Source: Mobula hypostoma
Lineage: Eukaryota
Length of the DNA stretch: 64,000 nucleotides
Direction: 5' to 3'
NCBI RefSeq assembly: GCF_963921235.1
Contig: NC_086097.1
Span: 43,712,001-43,776,000, forward strand
The first letter of the stretch is position 1. Every line of letters starts with the position of its first letter. Positions 25,817 through 37,265 of this stretch are shown piece by piece. The notes below the pieces were generated by a model. The model had not been told where the DNA came from and searched no databases. It saw nothing but the letters and a program-made list of their open reading frames with translations. Made by a program: the position numbers and the translations under genes.

Positions 25817-27718
25817 CTGTTTGATGATTTTATGTTCCCTGGCCCCCACCACTTTATTTTCACCATGGATGTCCAGTCCCTATATACTTCCATCCCCCAT
25901 CAGGAAGGTCTCAAAGCTCTACGCTTCTTTTTGGATTCCAGACCTAATCAGTTCCCCTCTATCACCACTCTGCTCCGTCTAGCGGAATTAATCCTTACTC
26001 TTAATAATTTCTCCTTTGGCTCCTCCCACTTCCTCCAAACTAAAGGTGTAGCTATGGGCACCCGTATGGGTCCTAGCTATGCCTGCCTTTTTGTTGGCTT
26101 TGTGGAACAATCTATGTTCCGTGCCTATTCTGGTATCTGTCCCCCACTTTTCCTTCGCTACATCGACGACTGCATTGGCGCTGCTTCCTGCACGCATGCA
26201 GAGCTCGTTGACTTTATTAACTTTGCCTCCAACTTTCACCCTGCCCTTAAGTTTACCTGGTCCATTTCCGACACATCCCTCCCCTTTCTAGATCTTTCTG
26301 TCTCTGTCTCTGGAGACAGCTTATCCACTGATGTCTACTATAAGCCTACTGACTCTCACAGCTATCTGGACTATTCCTCTTCTCACCCTGTCTCTTGCAA
26401 AAACGCCATCCCCTTCTCGCAATTCCTCAGTCTGCGCCACATCTGCTCTCAGGATGAGGCTTTTCATTCTAGGACGAGGGAGATATCTTCTTTTTTTAAA
26501 GAAAGGGGCTTCCCTTCCTCCACTATCAACTCTGCTCTTAAACGCATCTCCCCCATTTCACGTACATCTGCTCTCACTCCATCCTCCTGCCACCCCACTA
26601 GGAATAGGGTTCCCCTGGTCCTCACCTACCACCCCCGCAGCCTCCGGGTCCAACATATTATTCTCCGTAACTTCCTCCACCTCCAACGGGATCCCACCAC
26701 TAAGCACATCTTCCCCTCCCCTCCCCCTGCATTCCGCAGGGATCGCTCCCTACGCAACTCCCTTGTCCATTCTTCCCCCCATCCCTCCCCACTGATCTCC
26801 CTCCTGGCACTTATCCGTGTAAGTGGAACAAGTGCTACACATGCCCTTACACTTCCTCCCTTACCACCATTCAGGGCCCCAAACAGTCCTTCCAGGTGAG
26901 GCAATACTTCACCTGTGAGTCGGCTGGGGTGATATACTGCGTCCGGTGCTCCCGGTGTGGCCTTTTATATATTGGTGAGACCCGACGCAGACTGGGAGAG
27001 AAAGCAGGATCTCCCAGTGGCAACACACATCAAAGTTGCTGGTGAACGCAGCAGGCCAAGCAGCATCTGTAGGAAGAGATGCAGTCGACGTTTCAGGCCG
27101 AGACCCTTCGTCAGGACTAACGAAGTGGCCACACATTTTAATTCCACATCCCATTCCCATTCTGACATGTCTATCCACAGCCTTCTCTACTGTAAAGATG
27201 AAGCCACACTCAGGTTGGAGGAACAACACCTTATATTCCACCTGGGTAGCCTCCAACCTGATGGCATGAACATCGACTTCTCTAACTTCCGCTAATGCCC
27301 CACCTCCCCCTCGTACCCCATCTGTTACTTATTTTTATACACACATTCTTTCTCTCACTCTCCTTTTTCTCCCTCTGTCCCTCTGAATATACCCCTTGTC
27401 CATCCTCTGGGTCCCCCCCCCCCCCACCGTCTTTCTTCCCAGACCTCCTGTCCCATGATCCTCTCATATCCCTTTTGCCTATCACCTGTCCAGCTCTTGG
27501 CTCCATCCCTCCCCCTCCTGTCTTCTATCATTTTGGATCTCCCCCTCCAACTTTCAAATCCCTTACTCACTCTTCCTTCAGTTAGTCCCGACGAAGGGTC
27601 TCGGCCTGAAACGTCGACTGCACCTCTTCCTAGAGATGCTGCCTGGCCTGCTGCGTTCACCAGCAACTTTTATGTGTGTTGCTTGAGTTTCCAGCATCTG
27701 CAGAATTCCTGTTGTTTG
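25817..27718 (+). mobile_element. 5'-truncated Penelope-like retroelement (RT plus GIY-YIG endonuclease)
   Basis: ORF 25832-26899 has PLE RT motifs (TMDVQSLYTSIP, GVAMGTRMGPSYA, RYIDD, LPFLDL, VYYKPT). A frameshifted GIY-YIG follows (TCESAGVIYCVRCSRCGLLYIGETRRRLG). 12-bp TSD with one mismatch: CCTTTTCCATAA (25805-25816) and CCTCTTCCATAA (27719-27730). Confidence 0.92.
27083..27118 (-). ncRNA. Minimal type I hammerhead ribozyme motif (Penelope terminal repeat)
   Basis: The minus strand reads AGTC-CTGACGA-AGGGTCTCGGCCT-GAAA-CGTC-GACT: intact CUGANGA/GAAA core, stem I AGUC/GACU, short stem II, palindromic ACGU helix III and a GUC cleavage triplet. Confidence 0.75.
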
Positions 27719-28084
27719 CCTCTTCCATAATTACCTTGAAACTAATGGCATTATGATCACTAGATGCAAGGTGTTCCCCTACACAAACTTCCGTCACCTG
27801 CCTAGTCTCAATTCCCTAATAGGAGATCTAGTATCGCACTCTATTTGGGTCTTCTATGTACTGATTAAGGAAGCTTTCCTGAACACGTTTAATAAACCCT
27901 TTCCCAGTTAGCCGTTTTACAGTATGGGAGTTCCAGTCAATATGCTGAAAGTTAAAATCACCCATTACAATCTTGTGTTTCTCGCAACAGTCTGCGATCT
28001 CTCAACAAATTTGATCCTCTAAATCCTGTGCAGTGTTGGGTTGTCTATAATATAATCCCAGTAAGGTGGTCATACCTTTCTTAT

Positions 28085-28245
28085 AAATAAAATAAAGGCA
28101 TTAGGACCCATACAGCTTGGCACCAGTGTCGTCGCAGAGCACTGTGTGATTAAGCGCCTTGCTCAAGGACACAACACGCTGCCTCGGCTGGGGCTCAAAC
28201 TCACGACCTTCAGATTGTTAGTCGAATGCCTTAACCACTTGGCCA
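28085..28245 (-). mobile_element. tRNA-derived SINE with CORE-like domain
   Basis: Minus strand has A box TGGCCAAGTGG, B-box-like GTTTGAGCCC, CORE-like TGTGTCCTTGAGCAAGGCGCTTAA and a (ttta)n tail. 11-bp TSD ACCTTTCTTAT (28074-28084, 28246-28256). Confidence 0.85.
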
Positions 28246-29789
28246 ACCTTTCTTATTCCTCAGTTTTACCCATAAAGCCTCATTAGATGAGCTCTCCAGT
28301 CTGTCCCGATTGAGTTCTGCCATGACATTTTCCCTGACTAGTAATGTCACCCTTTAATCTCTCCCTCTCTATTACATCTAAAATTATGGAATCCCAGAAT
28401 ATTGAATTGCCAGTCCTGCCTCTCCAGCAACCAAGTCTCACTAATGGCTACAATGTTATAATTCCACGTGCTGATCCACGCCCCAAGCTCATCCACCTTT
28501 CCTACACTATGCCTTGCATTGCTCAGAACATTAGTCTCACCATTCTTGACCTTTCAATTGCTGACTTTATATGCAGACTTAACAGCATCTTTCTCCACAA
28601 CCACTCCACCATCTGCTCTGGCACTCTGGTTCCCATGCCCCTGCAACTCTAGTTTTAACACCCTCATGTATTAGACCCCTCCAGTTCAGGTGCAAACCGT
28701 CACTTCTGTACAGGTCCCACCTTTCCCCTGGAAGAGAACCCAATGATCCAAAACTCTGAAGCCCTGCCTCCTGCACCAACTCCTTAGCCATGTGTTAAAC
28801 TGTATGATCTTTCTATTTCTGGCCTCACTGACATATGGCACAGACCATAATCTTGAGATCACAACCCTGGAGGTCCTGTCCTTTAACTTAGCACCTAACT
28901 AACTCCCTGAACGAACTGTGCAGGACCTCGTCACGCATCCTACCCATGTCATTGGTAGCGACATGGACCACAACCTCTGGCTGCTCACCTGCCACTTAAG
29001 AATGCTGTGAACTCGATCTGAGATGCACCTGACCCCAGCATCTGGGAGGCAGCAAACCATCTGGGAATCTCGTTCTTGTCCACAGAACCTCCTTTCTGTT
29101 CCCCTAATCAACAAATCCTCTACCATTACAGCTCGCCTCTTCTCCCTCTTTCCCTTCTGAGCCATAGAGCCAGACTGAATGCCAGACCTGATCACTGTGT
29201 CTTTCCTTTGCTAGGCCAAACGTCCCCCCCAGCCCCGAAAAAAAAAGCATGTTGACGGGTTTGGCACAGGGATACTCTGCATTCCCTTTCCTGATAGTCA
29301 CCCAGTTTATCTGTGTCCTGCACCTTAGGTGTAATTAAATCCCTGTGTACATCCCCTCAGCCTTCTGAAAGATCAGGGGTTCATCCAGATCCAGCTCCAA
29401 CTCTTTAACAAAGTCTGTTAGAAGCTGCAGCTGGATGCACTTCTTGCAGGTGCAGTTATCAGGCACTGGAGGTCTCTCTACCTTCCCACATCCTACAAGA
29501 GGAGCATTCCAGTATCCTGTGTCATCCCCACTGTTCTAAATATGCAATAAGAAAAAGGAGGGGAAAAAAGGAAAAAAATCTACCTCGGGCCTATGCCTCT
29601 CCTTGGTGAAGCCTTGACTCCCTACTCACACAACAGCTGCTCTGCTTAAACCTAATCTTTTATTATATATTTGGCAAATGCCTAATTATGTGCAATCCAA
29701 TGTCTTCTCAGGGGACTTTGGCACGCAAAATGTGCCGACTGCCCCACTTGGTTCTTTTAAACTCTCTCACCCTCTACTCAATCTGGTTT

Positions 29790-32020
29790 CTCCTCAGGAC
29801 TGTGGTGCGCAAAATGCATATGTCCAAGAACTTTTTAAACGTATTACTGTATTTGCCTCCACTAACACCCCTGGCAGCATATTCCAGGCACCCATCACTC
29901 AAAAAAATTGCCCCACACATCCCCTTTGAACATATCCCCCCTCACCTTAAATGTATGCCTCTTACATTAGACATTTTGACCCTGACCCTATCTATGCCTC
30001 CCATAATCTAACCCTCCCTCATCTCCCTTTAGTCTTTGCATTCTAGAGAAAGCCACAAAGTTTGTCCAACCCCTTCTTAGATCACATGCCCTCTAAGGAG
30101 CATCCTGGTAAAATTCTTCTGCAGCCTCTCCAAACCTCTACACCTTCCCGTAAGGGGGGCAATCCACAATTGAATGCAATTCTCCAGATATAGCTTAACC
30201 AGTTTTATAAATCTATGATACAACTTCTTGAACTCGGTGCCTGAACTAATAAAAATAAGCATGCCATACGCCTTCTTACCACCCCATTAACCCATGCAGC
30301 CAGTTTCAGGGAGCTATGGACTTGGAACCTAAGATCCATCGGTACATCACTGTAACTGTTTTACATCTGATCTCCTGAAGTGCAACTTCACATTTCGGCT
30401 CAAACTCCATCTGCCATTTCTCCTCTCATATCTGGAACTGAACTATACCCTGCTGTAAACTTTGGCTTTTTTCCATTCTATCCATAACACCACTAATCTC
30501 TGTGCCATCTGGAAACTTACTAACCCACCCACGTATATTTTCATTCAAAATATTTTATACATCTCACCAAATGCAGACAACACTATACAGATATCTAGAT
30601 AACTCCACTGGACATAGTTGTCCAGCCAAAGTCACATCAATCACTACCTTGTCTTCTGTGGGCAAACCAATTTTAAAATCATATAGCCAAGTCACTATGG
30701 ATCCCATGCATTTTAATCTTCAGAATGAGCTTAACATGAGGGATCTTGTCAAACATGTTACTGTAATTCATATAGACAACATCCACAGCTCAACCGTAAA
30801 CCACTTTTGTTACCTCCTCAAAAAACTCTATCAAGTTAGTAAGGCACAACTTGCCCTACACAAAGCCTTGCTGACCATCTCTAATTAGACCATGGTTTTC
30901 CAAATGATCATAAACCCTATCCTTAAGAGTCCCCTTCAATAACTTCCTTATCAGAGCATGAGATTCAAGTCTATATTTTCCAGGATTATACCCATTTTCC
31001 TTCTTAAACAACAGAACAATATTAGCTACTCGCCAGTCAGCTGGGACCTCACTGAAGGCTAGAGAGGAACAAAGATCTTGGTCAAGGCTCCAACAATCTA
31101 ATTTCTTGCCTTTCTCAATAAACAGTGGAGTATCCTAGCAGGCCCTGGTGACTCATCTACCTTCAAGAGAGGCAAGACTACCCTTTTCTTTATCTCAAAC
31201 TGCCTTAGCATAGAGTGATAAGATCAGCATATTAACATACTACACACTGATCTCACTATCCTCCACGTCTTTCTTCTTGGTAAATACCAAAACAAAGTAC
31301 TCATTTAGGGCCTTAATCACATTCTCTGCCTCCAAGCACATGTTTCTTCTTATCCTTTAGTGATCCTACCCTTTCCCTCATTTTCCTGTTGCTCTTATAT
31401 GTAGAATGCCTTGCGATTCAACAACCAACCACTTTTCATGACACCCCCCGCCTCTCCAAATCCTCTTTAGCTTCAAAGATTTGATTTAATTTTAGCTTCC
31501 TAAACTTTTCACGTGCTTCCTTTTCTGTCTTGACTGAATTCATTACCTCTTGTAATCCAACATTCTCTTCCCTTGCCATCCTGCCCTCCTTCTAACTAGG
31601 ACATACTACCTTCTATTCAATGCATTTGATCTTTAAACACCCTCCACGTCAGATGTGGACTTGCCCAGACATTGCTGTTCCCAATTAACTCTCCCTAGTT
31701 GTTGCATAAACTCTCAATTTGTCCAGCCCCAACTTAATAATGATTTAATAACATGCAGTAAGGCCCATACCTATCCTTATTCAATAGCTATCTTAAAACC
31801 CAATAAGTTGTGATCACTGTTTTCTAAATGTTCTCCCACTGAAAAGTCAGTCATCTGGTCAGGTGTACTTCTCAATACCAGGGTATAATATAGTTCATCC
31901 GGAGGAAGGGCTATCTACACAATCATTTAAGAAATCTTGCTAGATGGACCTAACAAATTCTGCCTCGTCTAAACATCTTCCACAAAGGAGGTCCCAATCA
32001 ATATTGGGGTAGTTGAAGTC
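29790..32020 (-). mobile_element. Highly degraded CR1 LINE
   Basis: Remnant peptides (LVKLYLENCIQLW...LERLQKNFTRML) plus RT- and EN-like nucleotide similarity to the other CR1 copies. Boundaries are approximate. Confidence 0.7.
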
Positions 32021-34219
32021 ACCACAAAAGCAGTACACCATAGTAATCAGTTGTTTGTGCACTAAATTTTAAGCAAGTGCAAAACCAAGTTAAATGAAGA
32101 TTTGATTCAAATTACTGTCTCTGCAACCAAGTACTCTTCAAATTCTCTTATTCTGTTACACAAAACCAGGAGTACATCTTAGTGGATATATAAAAACAAT
32201 CTGTTCTTTCAACCTACTTACCCACAAAAAAATTAGGTAAAGCATGGATTTTGAAGGTTGGTCTTTTTCTCTATTCTGACATTGATAGCAATGTCATTAA
32301 CAATTAGCTTCTGTGACCCTGGATCTTGAAGACAATAAAATAATCCAATCATGATAACTGATCAGTACACAAGAAATGGTGCCAAGGTGCAACAAATGAA
32401 TGCCAGATAAATGAGGTAAGTGTCAAAACTCATATAGATTTAGCTAAAAATGCGAAGTATGAAAAGAAAACATCAGGTCACAAATTGGTTTAAAAAAAGG
32501 GGAGGAAAAAAAAGCTAATTTCTAAACTCAAAACAATTCACACAAAAAGTGGCAGAAAAAATTCTGGTTATAAAAATAAGAGTTTCTTTAGCTCCTGAAG
32601 CTGCCTAATCCTTAAATTTTTCCTAATCATTTAAAAAAAATACAGGATGTCAAATCCTTGAAATTTATAACGAACACTTTTAAGTCAAGGCACTTTGCAT
32701 TAGAAAAAAAACTAATGCTTGATTATAAACATGCAGGTCACATACTGGGCTCTATTAGATATATAAAACTTATGGATAAAAATATGAAATTGGATTGATA
32801 AGAATATAGCAAGAAAGACAGGAAAGTAAAATGAGCTGGAGCAGCACATGGTAGGAAACAAGTGGTTAAATACACACGTTTACTGCATCAACCTTAACTA
32901 CTGGTTCTTTTCCCTGAAAGACTAACTACACTGAGACCTACAATTGATCCTGATTCTTTTCAGCATCTCCTGTTCTCAAGCCCTGGCTTTAGTTCAAACC
33001 TATCCTAGTCACAAGGTCCACCAACTGCACTTGAGCCACACACATCAGCATCAAGTTAAGTACGTTGTTGGAAGAGCTTAAATAAGTAATAAATTAAAAA
33101 CAATTGTTGTTCTCCAATTGGTAATGGAAACCTGGTTTTGTAAAACTATTCTAGAGAATGCTGGTTGTGGGTATGTTGATCAAACCTAGCCTAAGTAGCG
33201 GAGCAAGCCACATCGTTAGCCAATGTCAGCACTAACTTTATCAGCATTCAACTTCAGGTTCTTCTTTTATTGATTCCAATCCAATTGGACAATGACAGTC
33301 ATAATTATCTTCTAGATCATTAACAAAACAAAGTCAGACATTCATGATTTGGACCTAGATTAGTTGTCGCATAGATATTCTCAGTTTCTAGCGCAAAAAA
33401 AAAGGATGATGGGTTTTTACTACACAATGCACCACCAACCCATCCACCCCTTCCAACTAAAAATAAAAAGTCATGAGAAAAGTAACTTGCATTTATAAAG
33501 CATCATAACCTTAGTTATACAGGCATTATAATAAAAGCCAATTTGTATGCCACATCTAGACAGCAAGGAAATAAATGCTCAGAGCATTTGTTCCAGGTAT
33601 TAGTTGAACAAAAAATGTTGTTCATGACACCAATACTTCCCTGCTCCTCTTTGAATAGTGCATGGAATCTTTTATATGTATCACTGGGGCCAGATGAAAT
33701 TCAGTTTAAGCTTCAATTGAAAGATAACACCTCAAGACAATGTTGCACTCTCTCAGTAATGTACTGACGTGCCAGTTGAGATAAAGCTTTTAGAGTTTTG
33801 TTTGTCCAAATTGAGAACACTAAGGCAGAAAAGACATGCAAAGCAGAAGTCACATGGAAAGTGGCAACAAGAACACATCACATTCAAGAGCCAAAATAAA
33901 ATAAAAATTCTGAAACTATCCGCAAGTTAGACAGCATTTATGGTGAGAGGAATACTAATATTTCAGGTTGATGACATTTTTATTTCATCAGAAAAATGTT
34001 GATTAAAAGATATACAATATAAAACATTAACTCTATTCTCCTCTCCATAGATTTACATGACCTGAAGCTGCCACATTTACTGTGTTCAGTTCAGATGTTT
34101 AGCATTAGTAATACTTTAAATTTTGAACAGTAAGTTTTATTTTAAAACTTTCAAACACATAGGTTACAATGGATTCACCAATTTAAATAGAGTTGCCATA
34201 ACAGTTAAATACATTTTTA

Positions 34220-36652
34220 ACTTTAACTTCCCTAATATTGATTGGCACCTGATTAGTTCCAAGGGTTTAGATGGGGCAGAGTTTGTTAAGTGTGTCCAGG
34301 ACGGATTCCTGTCACAGTATGTGGACAGGCCGACCAGGGGGAATGCCATACTAGATCTAGTACTAGGTAATGAACTGGGTCAGGTCACAGATCTCTCAGT
34401 GGGTGAGCATCTGGGGGGACAGTTACCACCGATCCCTGGCCTTTAGCATTATCATGGAAAAGGATAGAATCAGAGAGGACAGGAAAATTTTTAATTGGGG
34501 AAGGGCAACTTATGAGGCTATAAGGCTAGAACTTGCGAGTGTGAATTAGGATGATGTTTTTGCAGGGAAATGTACTATGGACATGTGGTCGACGTTTAGA
34601 GATCTCTTGCAGGATGTTCGGGATAAATTTGTCCCAGTGAGGAAGATAAAGAATGGTAGGGTGAAGGAACCATGGGTGACAAGTGAGGTGGAGAATCTAG
34701 TCAGGTGGAAGGCAGCAGCATACATGAAGTTTAGGAAGCAAGGATCAGATGGGTCTGTTGAGGAAAATAGGGAAGCAAGAAAGGAGCTTAAGAAGGGGCT
34801 GAGAAGAGCAAGAAGGGGGCATGTGAAAACCTTGGCGAGTAGAGTAAAGGAAAACCCCAAGGCATTCTTCAATTATGTGAAGAAAAAAAAGGATGACAGG
34901 AATGAAGGTAGGACCGATTAGAGATAAAGGTGGGAAGATGTGCCTGGAGGCTGTGGAAGTAAGCAAGGTCCTCAATGAATACTTCTCTTCGGTATTCACC
35001 AATGAGAAGGAACTTGATGATGGTGAGGACAATATGAGTGAGGTTGATGTTCTGGAGCATGTTGATATTAAGGGAGAGGAGGTGTTGGAGTTGTTAAAAT
35101 ATATTAGGACGGGTAAGTCCCCGGGGCCTGACAGAATATTCCCCAGTCTGCTCCACGAGGTGAAGGAAGAGATTGCTGAGCCTCTGGCTAGGATCTTTAT
35201 GTCTTCATTGTCCACGGGAATGGTACAGGAGGATTGGAGGGAGGTGAATGTTGTCTCCTTGTTCAAAAAAGGTAGTAGGGGTAGTCTGGGTAATTATAGA
35301 CCAGTGAGTTTTATGTCTGTGGTGGGAAAGCTGCTGGAAAAGATTCTTAGAGATAGGATCTCTGGGCATTTAGAGAATCATGGTCTGATCAGGGAGAGTC
35401 AGCATGGCTTTGTGAAGGGCAGATTGTGTCTAACAAGCCTGATAGATGGAACCTTTGAGGAGGTGACCAGGCATATAGATGAGGGTAGTGCGGTGGATGT
35501 GATCTATATGGATTTTAGTAAGGCATTTGACAAGGTTCCACACGGTAGGCTTATTCAGAAAGTCAGAAGGCATGGGATCCAGGGAAGTTTGGCCAGGTGG
35601 ATTTAGAATTGGCTTGCCTGCAGAAAGCAGAGGGTCGTGGTGGAGGGAGTACATTCAGATTGGAGGATTGTGACTAGTGGTGTCCCACAAGAATCTGTTC
35701 TGGGACCTCGACTTTTCGTGATTTTTATTAACGACCTGGATGTGGGGGTAGAAGGGTGGGTTGGCAAGTTTGCAGACGACACAAAGGTTGGTGGTGTTGT
35801 AGATAGTGTAGAGGATTGTCGAAGATTGCAGAGAGACATTGATAGGATGCAGAAGTGGGCTGAGAAGTGGCAGATGGAGTTCAACCCGGAGAAGTGTGAG
35901 GTGGTACACTTTGGAAGGACAAACTCCAAGGCAGAGTACAAAGTAAATAGCAGGATACTTGGTAGTGTGGAGGAGCAGAGGGATCTGGGGGGTGCATGTC
36001 CACAGATCCCTGAAAGTTGCCTCACAGGTAGTTAAGAAAGTTTATGGGGTGTTAGCTTTCATAAGTCGAGGGATAGAGTTTAAGAGTAGCCAAGTAATGA
36101 TGCAGTTCTATAAAACTCTGGTTAGGCCACACTTGGAGTACTGTGTCCAGTTCTGGTCACCTCACTATAGGAAGGATGTGGAAGCACTGGAAAGGGTACA
36201 GAGGAGATTTACCAGGATACTGCCTGGTTTAGAGAGTATGCATTATGATCAGAGATTAAGGGAGCTAGGACTTTACTCTTTGGAGAGGAGGAGGATGAGA
36301 GGAGACATGATAGAGGTGTACAAGACAATAAGAGGAATAGATAGAGTGGATAGCCAGTGCCTCTTCCCCAGGGCACCACTGCTCAATACAAGAGGACATG
36401 GCTTTAAGGTAAGGGGTGGGAAGTTCAAGGGGGATATTAGAGGAAGGTTTTTTACTCAGAGAGTGGTTGGTGCGTGGAATGCACTGCCTGAGTCAGTGGA
36501 GGCAGATACACTAGTGAAGTTTAAGAGACCACTAGACAGGTATATGGAGGAAATTAAGGCGGCTTATATGGGAGGCAGGGTTTGAGGGTCGGCACAAAAT
36601 TGTGGGCCGAAGGGCCTGTACACTGTGCTGTACTATTCCATATGTTCTATCT
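34220..36652 (+). mobile_element. 5'-truncated CR1 LINE (partial EN, RT, 3'UTR)
   Basis: FNFPNIDW...PTRGNAILDLVL (EN), then RT ORFs 34893-35606 and 35637-36035 (FADD), C-terminus 35959-36585 and a tatgttctat tail. A few frameshifts and stops. Confidence 0.93.
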
Positions 36653-36666
36653 ATAACATATATATT

Positions 36667-36693
36667 CACACACACATATACACACACACACAC
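36667..36693. repeat. Interrupted (CA)n microsatellite
   Basis: cacacacacatatacacacacacacac, which reads (TG)n on the gene strand about 20 nt downstream of the PPP2R5C exon donor. Confidence 0.85.
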
Positions 36694-36712
36694 AAAACTG
36701 AGTAAGTATTAC

Positions 36713-36875
36713 CTTTTAAAGGTGGTAGTTTTTGTAGTTCCCTGTTGTTACTGATATTGAACCTAGAAGAACTTTGTCGCTTTTCTTTCTTCACCACTGC
36801 TGTGGAACCAGGAAGCTTTATTTTTGTCAACTGTGTTGTTGGAGGAGTACTGTTGTTGGATCTCTTGTTTGAGCT
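36713..36875 (-). CDS. PPP2R5C: Internal coding exon of the long N-terminal PP2A B56-gamma isoform
   Basis: 163-nt exon between a strong acceptor (tttttttttgttttgcag) and a donor (AAAG|gtaata). It encodes [54 protein letters not shown] plus one G, matching the B56-gamma/delta N-terminal motif [26 protein letters not shown]. It ends in phase 1, the same as the exon at 15726, consistent with alternative joining to one downstream exon. Confidence 0.92.
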
Positions 36876-37061
36876 CTGCAAAACAAAAAAAAAGAATCAG
36901 TAGAAATTTTCAAATTGTACAACTGCTTGATGGCTCAACGCCAAGATACTTTGCAGCCTAATTCATTCAGCGATTGAAAGATGATGGTAATAAAGAAAAA
37001 CAGAAAAAAAGCCACATGGAAATCTTGAAAAAAAATCCAAAACATGGTTTCTCTTTCCATG

Positions 37062-37265
37062 CAAACAACAGGAATTCTGCAGATGCTGGAAATTCAAGCA
37101 ACACACATCAAAGTTGCTGGTGAACGCAGCAGGCCAGGCAGCGTCTCTAGGAAGAGGTACAGTCGACCTTTCGTCAGGACGAAGGGTCTTGGCCTGAAAG
37201 GTCGACTGTACCTCTTCCTAGAGACGCTGCCTGGCCTGCTGCGTTCACCAGCAACTTCGATGCGT
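37062..37265. mobile_element. Fold-back (palindromic) Penelope terminal-repeat insertion
   Basis: Two inverted arms of the PLE tail around a disrupted hammerhead. 15-bp direct repeat GTTTCTCTTTCCATG (37047-37061, 37266-37280). Confidence 0.85.

Larger units (their letters stand above)
22090..29600 (-). mobile_element. Old near-full-length CR1 LINE (ORF1 esterase, ORF2 EN/RT remnants) hosting several nested insertions
   Basis: 3' end and ORF2 C-terminus at 22090-22956, RT at 25135-25816, EN remnants at 27731-28500. ORF1 SGNH-esterase-like peptides (RRAVMVEDLLIRGTERRFCG...VCCLPDA; WDLYRSDGLHLNWRG) at 28580-29200. Confidence 0.8.

Noticed and set aside
25832..26899. Telomerase-like, retron or group II intron reverse transcriptase of a novel system
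   Set aside because: The motifs, the downstream GIY-YIG domain, the tail and the TSD identify an ordinary Penelope-like retroelement.
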